The position numbers and the translations under genes were made by a program. Below are positions 39,026 to 52,670 of a DNA stretch of 64,000 bases, in pieces. How positions within the stretch are numbered: the stretch's first letter is position 1; every line of letters starts with the position of its first letter. This stretch comes from the human T2T-CHM13v2.0 reference genome, Homo sapiens. A model generated the notes under the pieces. The model was not told the DNA's origin, did not search any database, and saw only the letters and a list, made by a program, of their open reading frames with translations. The stretch is taken from assembly GCF_009914755.1 (NCBI RefSeq), contig NC_060939.1; one strand, 5' to 3'.

Positions 39026-40432
39026 TTCCAACTCAAGGAACCCACAAAACTTCATGGAGATGCCAAAGATACAGGGCAATAGTTAAAAAAAAAAGTTATT
39101 TTGATCTGTTTTGAACAAAAAATTGTACTTAACAGGGGGTTATGATTGTGAAGAATGCTGTATGCCTGACAGCTCCTAGCATATTGTGGGAACGGAGTAA
39201 AGTCTTCAACCATGACTTCTGTTCCTTTGTAGTCCCCAGAACCTATTGCAAATCCAGACACAACTCTGATTGGTGATAAACAGGATTCCAAGAAAGAACA
39301 AAAGTTGAAATGAAATGTCTTTGGAAACTGCATCTAAATCTTTTCTCAATTTTCTGACTAAATTTGCATATTTTTATCAGATAGATGTGAATAATGCAAC
39401 AAACATATTGTAATTATGATTTTTAAAAATGTCTTGTATGTCATCTTAAAACTCACAGAGTTCAAGGCTTACCAACCTAAAAATGTTGTCTGGGGAAAAA
39501 AAACTAAATGATATGGGTAAAAGTCCTCTCAAAATTTGATTTTGTTACCCTTTAAAACTCTCTCACATCCTCTTAAAAAATATTAACTAATACTTGAAAC
39601 CACGGATGTGTGCTCTAACTGCCACCCTATAGGCTGCCTTCAAGTTAGATAGCATGCTTTAAGGATGATGCAACCATTGGATTTTGACTCCACTTAAGGG
39701 GTCAGTCTCAGACTGGAAACTGTTTTCCCTTTGGGAGAGAGGCTCCAACATGCCTCTTGCTTTGTACAGACTTCATTGTAATCTGCTTCAAGGAGCCACA
39801 TCGTCTGGCAAAAGTTGAAGGAAATGTCTGTGTCTGACTTGACTTATTATCATCATGCCTCCGGTAGGAGTGTTAAAAAAGTACACTCCCTGAAATTTGG
39901 GTTGTGGTTATACTTGGGTCACTGCCTGCTGATAAAATGCCATCAGTGTTTGTTTCCTCCTTAGTTCTAACCTGAAAGGGTGTCATCTAAGATGGTTTGG
40001 GGTGGGGGTGGGGGTGAAATAACATACACGAAGGGAAAACTGCTGCATAAAACCAATTCTGGCCCTGCAGGAACACATTGAACTGAATATCAAATTACAT
40101 GGTTGGAGGCACTGGGGACTAACCCTCTTTGAGGTCCTCAGCTTCCAATCAATTAGAATAAAAGGTGCCAAATTAACACAAGTCAGACCAAAGCAGATTG
40201 CAAGATAAGCATGGAAGTTTGGGGGGATATAAATAGGATGTATGTATATTGTTAATTTTAATGGTAAAAGAAGAGAGGGGAAAATAAACATTGATATCAA
40301 ACGAAGCTTTTACCTTTGAGAGATACTTATTTGCCAGTTTGCCAAGATATTTGAAGAAGTATCTATATATTTGTTAAATAAAACATTCATAAATTTAAAA
40401 CATGGGATTTCCTTGTTGTTTATTCAAAGGAA

Positions 40433-40798
40433 TGGCTTGAATCTGCCAGGCCTGCCATAACAATACACCACAGACCAGGTGGCTTAAATTAAAGAAATTT
40501 ATTTTCCCACAGTGCTGGAGGCTGGAAGTCTAAGATAAAGGTGTTAGCAGGTTTGGTTTCTTCTGTAGCTTCTCTCTTTGGCCTTGTCACTGTATCCTCA
40601 CATCCCCTTTCTCTGTGTCCCTGGTGTCTCTTCTTCTTCTTATAAGGATTTAGTCATACTGAGTTAGGGCTGCATTTTAATGGCTTCATTTTAACTTAAT
40701 CACCTCTAAAGATATTATCTTCAAGTGCATTGTGAGGTACTGGGAGTTGGACCTTCATCATATGAATTTGGGAATGGAGACACAATTTAGTCCATAAC
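40433..40798 (-). mobile_element. MLT1A0/MLT1B-like MaLR solo LTR
   Basis: gccataacaatacaccacagacc...gctggaggctggaagtctaagataaaggtg...gaggtactggg...gacacaatttagtccataaca. Confidence 0.85.
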
Positions 40799-40884
40799 AC
40801 TAATGATTGGGATAAAGTATAAATTCCAACTTTAAAGTGAGATCCTCTGCCATAGTTACCTAGGAAACTAAATGGATCCGTTTT

Positions 40885-41005
40885 TAACAGTCACTCAGCA
40901 AATACTTATTAAGCACTTACTGTTCAAAAGTCATCCCTTTGTGGTTCTATGCTAGATATAAAATGAGTAACAAACAGTCCCTGTCATCTAAGTGTAGCTA
41001 AGAGA
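40885..41005 (-). mobile_element. L2 3' fragment
   Basis: cactcagcaaatacttattaagcacttactg...aaaatgagtaacaaacagtccctgtc. Confidence 0.55.
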
Positions 41006-42269
41006 CACCTATCCAAACACATGTAATTCTTTGACTAGTTTAGTGGGCCTCTCTAGGTCATAAATGCTGCCCATTCATTAAGAAGAACGAAGAGCTTTTC
41101 CAAGTAAAAACTTTGTACTTTGTAATTAACAAAGGAAAAAACACTCTTTTAGGGAACTTTGCCTTATTTCACCATTTTGCTGAGATTTGAGCATTCATTT
41201 CTTCATGTATGTGTTCTTTCTGTTCAACATTCAGGACATAAATGCTATTTTCCAGACACTAGACTTCTTAATGATGCCAATGTCATATATAATAATCAGA
41301 AAATATCAAACCAGTTGTAAAAAAGATAATGTTGATAGTCACTGTTTTTATATGTCCTGGTAATGTTACTCATTTGTTACAATGGATGAACCAACAATGA
41401 CACATCATCACACAAGTCCATAGTTTACATTATTAGGTTTCGCTCTTGATATTGTACAATGTATGTATTTTTGCAAATGTATTATGACAGGTATCCACCA
41501 TTATAGTATCATACAAACTAATGTTATGTCCTAAAAATCCTCTATGCTCTGCTCATTCATTTTTCCATCCCCTCCTAAACTGTAGCAAACACTGATCCTT
41601 TCTTATTGTCTCCTCTCAGATTTACCTTTTCCCGAGTGTCATATAGTTGAAATTTTGCAGCACGTGGCCTTTTTAGATCGGCTTTTTTCACTGAGTAATG
41701 TGCATTTAAGGTTCTTCCATGTATCTTTATGGCTTGATAGATCATTTCTTTTTAGTGCTGAATAATATTCCACTCTGGATGTACCACAGTTCATTTATCC
41801 ATTCACTTTCTGAAGAACATCTTGGTTGCTTCCAAATTTTAGCCAATACGAACAAAATTGCTATAAATGTTTGAGTGCAGATTTTTGTATGGACATGAGT
41901 ATTCAACTCATTTGGGAACATTCCAAGGAGTGTGATTGCTGTATTGTATGGTAAGAGTATGTTTAATTTTATAAGAAACTGCTTAACTGCCTTTTAAGGT
42001 GGCTGTACATTTTGCATTCCCACCAGCATTGAAGAAGAGTTCCCATCACTCTACGTCCTCACCAACATTTGCTGTTGTTAGTGTGAACAACAATATTAGA
42101 ATATATGGCCATTCTAATAAATGTGAATCTCATTGTTGAAATATCTCAACAATGTCCATTCTGATAAGTGGTATCTCATTGTGGTTTTAATTTGTAATTC
42201 CCCGATGATGTGTGAAGTTGAACACTTTTTCATATGCTTATTTGCCATTAATATACCTTCTTTGGTGAG

Positions 42270-42974
<705 letters not shown>

Positions 42975-43355
42975 CTTTGGCCCATTTTTAAAATCAGGTT
43001 GTTTGTTTACTTGTTGTTGAGTTTTGAGAGTTCTTTGTATATTTTGTATAAGAGTCCTTTATCAAATGTGTGTTTTGCAAATAATGTTTCCCAGTCTGTG
43101 GCTTTTCTTCTTAATCCTCTTGATACTGTCTTTCACAGAACAGATTTTTTTTTATTTTAATGAGTCCAGCTTATCAATTATTACTTTCATAGATCATCCT
43201 TTTGGTGATCTATCTAAAAAGTCATCAGTATACCCAAAGTTATCTAGGTTTTTTCTTCTGAGTTGTCTTCTAGGAGTTTTATAGTTTTGCATTTTACATT
43301 TATATCCATGATCCATTCTGAGTTAATTTTTGTGGGATATAACGTCTTTGTCTAG

Positions 43356-43357
<2 letters not shown>

Positions 43358-43396
<39 letters not shown>

Positions 43397-43400
43397 TTTT
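43358..43400. repeat. (TTTA)n tetranucleotide microsatellite
   Basis: About 10 TTTA units. Confidence 0.95.
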
Positions 43401-46400
43401 TGCATGTGAAAGTCCTGTTGTTCCAGCACCATTTTTTGAAAAAGCTATCTTTTCTCTGTTAAACTGCCTTTGCTCTGTCAAAGAACTGTCAAAGATTAGT
43501 TGACTATATTTGTGTGGGCCTATTTCTGGGTTCTTTATTCTCTTCCACTGATAAATGTGTCTTCTCTTTTATCAAAACCATATTCCTTTGATTATCATAG
43601 CTTTATGGTACATCTTGAGGTCCTGCTAAGTCGATCTTCCAACTTTGTTCTTCCTCTTTAGTATTATGTTGACTATTCTCCATCTTTTGCCTTTCCATGT
43701 AAACTTTAGAATCACCTCATTAATATCCACGAAATATCTTGCTGCAATTTATACTGGGATTGCATTAAGTCTATAAATCAAGTTAGAAAGAACTGGCATA
43801 TTGATAATATTGTGTCTTCCTAATCATGAACATGGAATATTTCTCCATTTATATAGTTCTTCTTTTGTTTATCAGAGTGTTGTAGCTTTCCTCATATAGA
43901 TCTTGTACATATTTTGTTAGATTTATACCTAAGCATTTTATTTTTTTGGATGCTAATGTAAATGATATTGTGTTTTTAATTTCACATTCCACTTGCTGAT
44001 ATGTGGGAAAGTGACTGACTTTTGTATATTGACCTTGAATCCTGCAACCTTGCTATAATTGCTTATTAATCCCAGGTGGGGTTTTTTAAATCAGTTCTTC
44101 CAGATTTTCTACATAGATTATCACGTCATCTTCAAACAAAGACAGCTTTATTTCTTCCTTCGTAATTTGTATACCTTTCATTTCTTTTTCTCATCTTATT
44201 GCACTAGCTAGAATTTCTAGTATAATGTTGAAAAGGAATGATGAGAGGAGACATCCTTGACTTATATCTGATCTTAGTGGGAAATCTTCCAGTTTCTCAC
44301 TAATGAAATATAATGTTAGCTTTCTTTGGATATTCCTTATCAAGTTGAGGAAGTTTTCCCTTATTCCTAGTTTGCTGATGATTTTTATTATGAATGAATT
44401 TTGGAACCTATCAAATGCTTTTTCTGCATCTATTGATACAATCATGTTATCTTTGTTTTTTAGCCTTTCATTTTTAGCCTGTTGATTTGATTGACTACAT
44501 TAAGTGATTTCAAAATTCTGAACCAGCCTTGCATACTTGGGATAAATCCCACTTGGTTACAGTGTATAATTATTTTTATATATTGTTTGATTTAATTTAT
44601 TAATATTTTAGGATTTTTGCATTTATATTCATGAGAGATATAAGTCTGTAGTTTTCTTTTCTTGTGATATCTTTTCCTGGTTTTGGTATCAGGGTAATTC
44701 AGACCTCATAGAATGAGTTAGGAAGTATTCGCTCTGCAACTATATTCTATCAAAGAGATGTAGAGAATTGGTATAAGTTTTTCTTTAAATGTTTCATAGA
44801 ACTTATTAATAAATCCATCTGGGTCTGGTGTTTTCTGTTTTCAAAGGTTACTATTGTTGATTCAGTTTCCTTAACAGATATAGGTAGTCCTATTCAAACT
44901 GTTTATTTCTTCTTGTATTTTGGCAGAGTGTATCTTTCAAGAAATTGGTTTTCTTTATCTAGGTTACTGAATTTGTAAACATAGAGTTGTTTATATTTCA
45001 ATATTATTCTTTAAAGTTCCATGGGATCTGAAGTGATGTTTCTTCTTTCATTTCTGATACTAGAAATCTATGTCTTCTTTCTTTTATCTTTAGTAAGTCT
45101 GGCTAGAGGCTTATCAATTTTGTTGATGTTTTCAAAGAACCAGGTTTGGTTTTGTTGATTTTCTTCATTGAGAGAATCAATAATTTCTATTTTCAATTTC
45201 TTTTATTTTTTTTGCTCTTATTTTTATTATTTCTTTTTTTCTGCTTACTTTGGATTTAATTTGATTTTCTAGTATTTTAAGGTGAAAGTTTAGATTATTG
45301 ATTTCATATCTTTCTTCTAATATATTCATTCAATACTATACATTTTTCTGTAAGCACTGCTTTCATTGCACGCCACAAATTTTTATAAGCTGTATTTTAT
45401 TTTCATTTATTTTAAAATATTTTATCTTGAGATTTCTTCTTAGAACCATGTGTCATTTAGAAGTGTGCTGTTTAATATACAAATGTTTTGGAACTTGCCA
45501 GATATCTTTCTATTATTGATTTCTAGTTTAATTCCATTATGGTCGGAGAGCAGACATTTTATAATTTCTACTTTTTTAAGTTTGGTAAGTTGTGTTTTGT
45601 GGCTCAGAATATGCTCTATCTTATCAAATGTTCCACGTGAGCTTGAGAAGAATGTGCATTCTGATGTTGTTAGATGAAGTAGTTTATAGATGTCAATTAT
45701 TTCTAGTTGATTGATTGTGCTGTTGAGTTTAATTTTGCCCTTACTGATTTTTCTCCTTGCTAGACCTGTCCATTTCTGTTACAGAGTTGTTGAAGTCTCC
45801 AACTTTAATAGTGCATTCATCTATTCCTTCTTGTAGTTCTATCTGTTTTTGCCTCATGTATATTGATGCTCTGTTGTTAGGTACATACGCCTTAAAGAAT
45901 GTTATGTCTCTCTGGAGAATTTGCTCTTTTATGATTACATAATGCCCTTCCTTATCCCTGCTAACTTTATATGTTCTGTCTGAAGTTAATATAGCTACTT
46001 CTGCTTTATTTTTTTAGTTGTTAGCATGGTATTTCTTTCTCTATTTCTTTACTTCTAAGTTATATGTGTCTTTATACTTACAGTTGGTTTCCTTTAGATA
46101 ATATATAGTTGTGTCATGTTTTGTCAGCCACTCTGGTAATCTCTTTTATAATATTTAGACCACTGATGTTGAGTAATTTGATAAATTTGAATTCATATTT
46201 ACCATATATGTTACTGTTTTCTATTTATTGCTCTTGTTCTTTGTTCCTATTTTTTCTTCTACTTTCTTTCCACCCTTTGTGGTTTTAATTGAGCATTTTA
46301 TATGATTCAATTTTTTTTCATTTCTTAGCTTACTAGTTATACTTCCTTTTTATTTTTTCTTAGTGGTAGTCCTAGAGTTTGCAATATGCAATTACAGCTA

Positions 46401-47149
46401 AAGCAAGTTCATTTTTAAATAACTCTATACCACTTCACTGATAGTGCAAGTATCTTACAATCACAAAATATTCCTAATTCTTTTTTATTCCTTCTATCAC
46501 TTAGCTTTCATTTCTTCCTTATACAAATATACATAGCATTGGTATATCTACAAAGCATACATAATCTAATATTGTGTTGCCATTATTATTTTGAACAAAC
46601 TGTATCCTGTTAGGTCAATTAAGAAGAAAAAAATTATAGTATATATTTTAACTTCACTCATTCTTACTCTGATGCTCTTCCTTTCTTTATGTAGATCTGA
46701 ATTTCTGACCTATAACATTTTTCTTCCCTCTGAAGAACTTCTTTTAACATTTCTTACAAAGCACGTCCACTAGCAACAAATTTCCTCAGTTTTCATTTGT
46801 CCCAGAAAGTCTTTACTTTTCTTTCACTTTTGAAGGATAACTTTGCAGCGTACAGAATTTAAGGCTTACATTGCCCATCTGTTCTTGCATACTGTCTACT
46901 TTATCCCTTAGAGCCTCTAGCATATTAATCAGGGCTGTTTTAAATTTCTAATCTAATAATTTCAACACTTCTACCATATCTGAGTCTGGGTCTGATGATT
47001 TCTCTGTCTCCTCAAACTGTGTTTTTTGCCTTTTAGTATGTCTTGAAATTTTTCTTTCGAAAGCTAGACATGATGTACTAGGCAAAAGGAACTATCGCAT
47101 TGAAATGCCAGCTGGCCCAAACAATAACAATAATAATAACAACAACAAC

Positions 47150-47925
47150 AGCCAGCTCTCTCTATTTAAAGGACCAGGAAAGAGGCAGCCTAGCAAGATG
47201 TAAGGCTTTTAGACAAATATATACTCCAGGCAAATACCACAGAAAAAACTTATTCTTACCCATATCTATACCAGCAAAAGCTGATTGGAAGTCTATTCTT
47301 CCACCCTTGCCAGCCTGCCAGGATGGTGTCAGAAAGGCCATGTAGAAAGCAGAGTTTCATCCCCACTGAGTGGTGAGAAGATTTTCTCAATGGATATCAT
47401 ATGAAGAGTCAGAACTTCACCATGTCACCCCTCAATTTGGCAGTAAAGAAGTACCTGTCCCCTCTCAGCAGGGTAGTGTCAGAAGAAGCCTACTGGAGAG
47501 TCAGGACTTTCACCACCACTCAATTGCCACAGGCCACCCCCATGGTGTCAATAGAGGATGAGTGGGGAGCTGGAAACCCCGCTTCCACCCGGCAATAATG
47601 AGGTTCCCTCCCCTCCCCGACTTGAGTGTCAACAGATGCTGAGGGGGAACTGAAAGAAAAAAATAGATTAACCCACAATTATAGTTAGAAACTTCTCTAC
47701 TCTTTTCTCAACAACTGATAGAGCAACTAGACAGAAAATCAGCAAAGATATAAAAGAACTCAATGAAAGCATCAATCAAAAGGATTTAATTGACTTTAAT
47801 AGAACATGCTACCTAATAACAGCAAGATGTACATTATTTTTATACATATCCAAGATAGACTATATGCTGGGCCATAAAACCTCAACAAATTTAAAATAAT
47901 CGAAGTCATGCAAAGTGTATTCTGC
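47150..47925 (+). mobile_element. L1MCa/MDa-type 5' UTR (monomer repeats) followed by an ORF2 endonuclease fragment
   Basis: aaaggaccaggaaagaggcagcctagcaag; repeated ggtgtca(g/a)...gacttccacc units; then agacagaaaatcagcaaagatata...gctgggccataaaac. Confidence 0.65.
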
Positions 47926-47942
47926 TTCCACCCACCAAGTCT

Positions 47943-48299
47943 TACATTAGCCCATTTGCACACTGCTATAAAGAATTACCTGAGACTGGGTAATTTATAA
48001 AGAAAACAGGTTTAATTGATTTACAGTTCCACATGGCTTGGAAGGCCTCAGGAAACTTACAATCATGGCAGAAGGCAAAGGGAAAGCAAGGCACGTTTTA
48101 CATGGCAGCAGGAGACAATGAAAGGGAAGAGCCATGCACTTATCAAAAAACCAGATCTTGTGAGAATTCTGTCATGAGAACAGCAAGGCAGAAGTCCGTC
48201 CCCATGATTCAATCACCTCCCACAAGGCCACTCTGCCAACACATGGGGATTACAATTTGAGATGGGATGTGGGTGGGGACACAGAACCAAACTATGTCA
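47943..48299 (-). mobile_element. THE1D-like MaLR solo LTR
   Basis: actgctataaagaattacctgagactgggtaatttataaagaaa...gcctcaggaaacttacaatcatggcagaagg...ggggacacagaaccaaac; perfect 5-bp TSD agtct. Confidence 0.88.
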
Positions 48300-50457
48300 A
48301 GTCTTTTCCATAGGCCTTCACCAAGTGTCCCCAGAAATACTGGAAGCAAGGCAGGAGAGCTGCAAATGGTCCCTCATATACACATACACACAGAGCCAGG
48401 CACAGGCATTGAATGCCTGGTAGTCTGAGGATGGAGAGGAGAAGGGAAGAAACTCTTCTGGCACTCTGTCTTACAGTGAGTGCAACCAGTGGGCTCCTAT
48501 TGTTGGAAGTAGGTAAAAGAGCTCAAGGAGTTTCCCCATATTAAGTATAGGTGTGTGGGACCTGCTGAGTGAAGAATGAAGGCAATGCAAGAGAACTGAG
48601 AAAATGACTCCAGACACACAACTCCAAAGCCCTCGGAAAGGGAATGCATTAAACCTACCCTTAATCATTTGAAGACTCTGCTGAATTAAATCTTGCTAGA
48701 GTAACAATATGGCCCAAACCTGGCTCAATTCAAAATAGTTTGACTCAGTGCCCACACTAGCAGTGTGACAGAAGAAGGGAAAAACACTCCTCTTGGCACA
48801 AATATTATTTATGTAGGTCTCTACATTTATCTTACACAGAATATACAGCATTCCGTCAAAACTATACGACATGCAAAGAAACAAGACCCATCATTTAAAA
48901 AAAGAAAGAGTCAAAAGAACCAGATTCACATATGATCCAAATGTCAGAATAATCAGAAAATTTTTTAAAAAGAATAGTCACAATAAGACATTAAAGGATC
49001 TAGCAGTGAAAGATACAGATGAGCAAATGGAAAATGTCATTAGTGCAATGGAAACTGTATAAAAGATCCAAGTGGAAATTCTAGAACTAAAACAGATAAT
49101 AACAAAGTCCATCAGAATTCTTTCCATACACTTATCAGCAGACCAGACACAGAGGAAGAAAACACCAGTGAACTTAAAGACATGCCAATAAAATTATCCA
49201 AACTGTAATGCAAAGAGAAAAAATCTGTGAAAAAATACAGCATCTAAAAATCTGAGGAGCAATATCAAATGGTTTAACAAAAACATAATTGGAGTTCCAA
49301 ATAAATAAGAGAGAAAATGGAGCAAAAAAATTGATGAATAATGATTGAGAATTTTGCTAAATTGATAAACACATTTATCTGCAGTTCCAAGAAGCTCATT
49401 AAGCCCCAAGCAGGATAAATACAAAGAAAACCACACCAATATGCATCATAGTCAAAGTGCTAAAAGTCAAATATAATCTTGAAAGCAGCCTGAAGAAAAA
49501 AGTCACACTTTATACTCAAGTGAACAACAATCAGAATGAAGTAAGACTATTCATCAGAAACAGTGGAGAACAGAAGAAAATGAACTAACATTTTCAAATT
49601 CTAATAGAAAAAACTGTCAACCTAGATACTAAATCCAGTGAAAATATTCTTTATGAAGGAAGAAAAAATAAAGAAATTGTCAGACGACGAAGGCTGAAAA
49701 AATGTGTCTCTATCTGACCTGTACCACAAGAAATGCTAAATGAAGTTATTTAGTCTGAAAGGAAATACCAAAGTAAAATTTGTTTTGCAGGAGGGAACGA
49801 AGAACATCAAGCGAGAAATATATGTTGACAAATATAAAGGATTTTTCAAAAATTATTCTGATGTTATGTATATATGTATAATTTACACATACAAATATAC
49901 ACATAGAAAATTTTTAAATGTTTTAAATCCTATAAAATTATTTTAATTACATATAAAATGTATTTTATATCTCAAATATAGCTATACCTATACCTTTTTA
50001 AAAAGAGATAGATACATAGGCATAGATATATGTAAAACTTTTAAAGAGCCATTATTGATTGATTAAAGTCTAAATTATATTATGGGGCTTATAGCCTGGG
50101 TCAAAATAGAATGTTTAACAACAAAAGCATGATGGGCAGACATGGCTAATAATTGGAAGTATAATGGTTTAAGATTCTTGCACTAATTATAAAGTAGTAG
50201 ATTTTAAGTAGGCTATAAAAAGTTAAAGATGAATATTTTAATAACTAGACCAACCACTAAAAAATAATACCAAGAGGCATAATCTTAGAGTAGAAGAGAT
50301 TTAACAGAATATTAAAATATACTCATTTCACCCAAGAAGGCAAGAAAGGAAAAGTAGATAAACAAAAAGCATATGGGACAAAAAGAAAACACACACCAAG
50401 ATAGTAAGCTTAAATCCAAACATATCAAGAATTAAATTGAATGTAAATGAACTAATG

Positions 50458-51247
50458 CTGTGTTGTGGGGCTTAAAAGACTGCTCTGCAAGTCACAAGCC
50501 ATAAATCTTGGCAGTGTCTGCATGGTGCTAGTTCTGCAGGCTCACTGAGTGCACAAGACGTGGAGGCATGCTTTCCTCCAACTAGATTTCAATGTTTTGG
50601 ACAGCCTCAGGGCCCAGTCAGAGACTTGCTCCAGGTGCAGAGCCACTGCAGAAAGCCTGCACTAGGGCAATGCTTAGTTGAGCCATGGGAGCAGGGCCAT
50701 CCCCTCGATGTCAGGCACCAGTATGCAATGTCAGCATGGAAAAGCTGCAGACACAAGACCCCAACTCATCAGATTGTGTGTGCTGTGCCCAGCAAATCCA
50801 CAGGTGTCAGGCTTCCCAGAGCTGTGGGGACAAAGGCCCCACCCCAGTGTGTCCAGAAGATGAGACATTGACTCAAAGAAGATTATTTTCAAGATTTAAG
50901 ATTTAATGTTGTTTGCCCCATTGGGTTTTGGATTTACTAGTGAATTGTTACCTCTTTCTTCTTGCCTGTTTATCCCTTTTAGAATAGAAATGTATGTCTG
51001 TGCCTGTCCCAACATTGTATTTTGGAAGCATATACCTTGTGTTATTCCATAGGCTCACAGCTGGAGGAAAATTTGCCTCAGCATGAGTCATTCTTTGAGT
51101 CTCATCAATATCTAATTTAGGTGAGACTTTGGACTTTAGACTTCTGAGTTGACACTGAAACAAGTTAAGATGTTTGGAGCCATTGGCATTGAATGAATGT
51201 ATTTTGTATATGAGAAGAACATGAATTTTGGAGAGGCAGAAACAGAA
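50458..51247 (+). mobile_element. MST/MLT1A-type MaLR internal sequence (3' part)
   Basis: cacaagccataaatcttggcagtgtc, catggaaaagctgcag, ttgggttttggattt, gagactttggactttagactt; ends in a polypurine tract before the LTR. Confidence 0.8.
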
Positions 51248-51582
51248 TGCTATGGTTTGAATGTGTCCCCTTCAAAATTCAGGTGTTGCCAATGTGGTAG
51301 TATTAAGAGATGGGGCCTTTGACGGGTGATTAGACAGATCATGAGGACTTCTCCCATGTGAATGGGATTAATGCCCTTATAAAATAAACTTCACATAGTG
51401 TTAGGCTATCTTGTCCTTCCATGTTCCATAATGTAAGGATGCTACAAGAAGGCCCTCACCAGATGCTGGCACCTTGATCTTGGACTTCCCAGCCAACAGA
51501 ACTGTGAGATGTAAATTTCTGTTCTTTATAAATTACCCAATCTCAAGTATTCTGTTATAGTAGCACAAAACAAACTAATATA
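51248..51582 (+). mobile_element. MSTC/MSTD-like MaLR 3' LTR
   Basis: tgctatggtttgaatgtgtcccc...ccctcaccagatgctggcaccttgatcttggacttcccagcc...ttataaattaccca. Confidence 0.85.
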
Positions 51583-52449
51583 TGCCCCAGTTAAAAGGCA
51601 AAAAAATGTCAGACTGGGGGAAGAAAATAAGAAAAAAAAGAAAATAAAAATGAGTCCTAACTACATATATGCTGCTTACCAGAACATGCTGAAAAGATTA
51701 AGACATAGACAGGCTAAAAGTAAAAAGATAGAAAAAGTAAATTATACAAACACTAAGTATAAGAATGCAGATGTGGTATGTTAGTGTCAGAAAGACTTAT
51801 AAAAAGTATTGGCAGATAAAAAAAGGAGATTTCATAATGATAACATCAACTTATCAGTAAGTCATAATAATCTTAAATGCATATGAAACTAATAACAAAG
51901 TCCCCAAATATATAAATAAAAATTTTACAGACATAAATGAAGAAATGGACAAGTCCACAGTTGGAGATATAACATCCCTCTCTCAGTAACTGATGGAACA
52001 AGTATAAATTTGTAAGACTATAGAAGATTTGAACAATATCAACAATGTGGCCTAAAATATTTTTAGAGAACACTATGCACAACAACAGCAAACTACACAT
52101 TCTTTCCAAGTGCAAATGGGTCATTCACCAAGATAGATCATAAGTCATTTAGCAAGTCTTAGTGAACTGCAAAGGATCAAAATGATAGAGTATGTTCTAT
52201 GATCAGAACAGTATTAAGTTAGAATTAAATAACAATAAGATATCTAGAAAACCTCCAAATATTTCAAAATGAAATAACAGACTTCTAAATAACTCAAGGG
52301 TCCAAGAAGAAATCTCAAAGGAAATTAGAAGCCCATTAAGCCTCAACAGACTTTACATCTAAGTGGGAATGAGATTATCAGATCATTTCAGAGAGCAGGT
52401 TTTAATTAGTGGAACATAAAGAAGGACTTGGAGGAGCTGTGCATGAGAG

Positions 52450-52670
52450 AAAAAGCACTAAACAGTTAGAGGACCTGATGCTGTTACATACAAGCCATGA
52501 GACATTTTAAAAACATCCTAGAGAATGTATTTCTCCATCTGAAAATAGGAATGAAAACACTTGCAACTTCATAACTTTGTGAAGTTTAAATACAATGCCT
52601 GCAAAAGCACCTTTCAAGCCCAGGGCTTGGCCCATTGCAGTAGATGTTCAACAAACATGAGTTGGATGAA
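52450..52670 (+). mobile_element. MIR fragment
   Basis: tttctccatctgaaaatagga...tttgtgaagtttaaatacaatgcctgcaaaagcac...tagatgttcaacaaac. Confidence 0.55.

Larger units (their letters stand above)
48305..52330 (+). mobile_element. old L1M 5' half (5' UTR, ORF1, ORF2 endonuclease), interrupted by MST
   Basis: A-rich sense L1: gtggaaattctagaactaaaa, ataattggagttcca, aactgtcaacctagatact, aatgtaaatgaact, cattcaccaagataga. Confidence 0.8.

Noticed and set aside
39994-40014. G-rich run ggggtgggggtggggg as a G-quadruplex
   Set aside because: Only three G3+ tracts in close range; a fourth needs a long loop or a GG tract
44191-44445. Reverse transcriptase-like peptide
   Set aside because: Decayed LINE-1 ORF2 fragment surrounded by stops and frameshifts; not a functional or novel RT system
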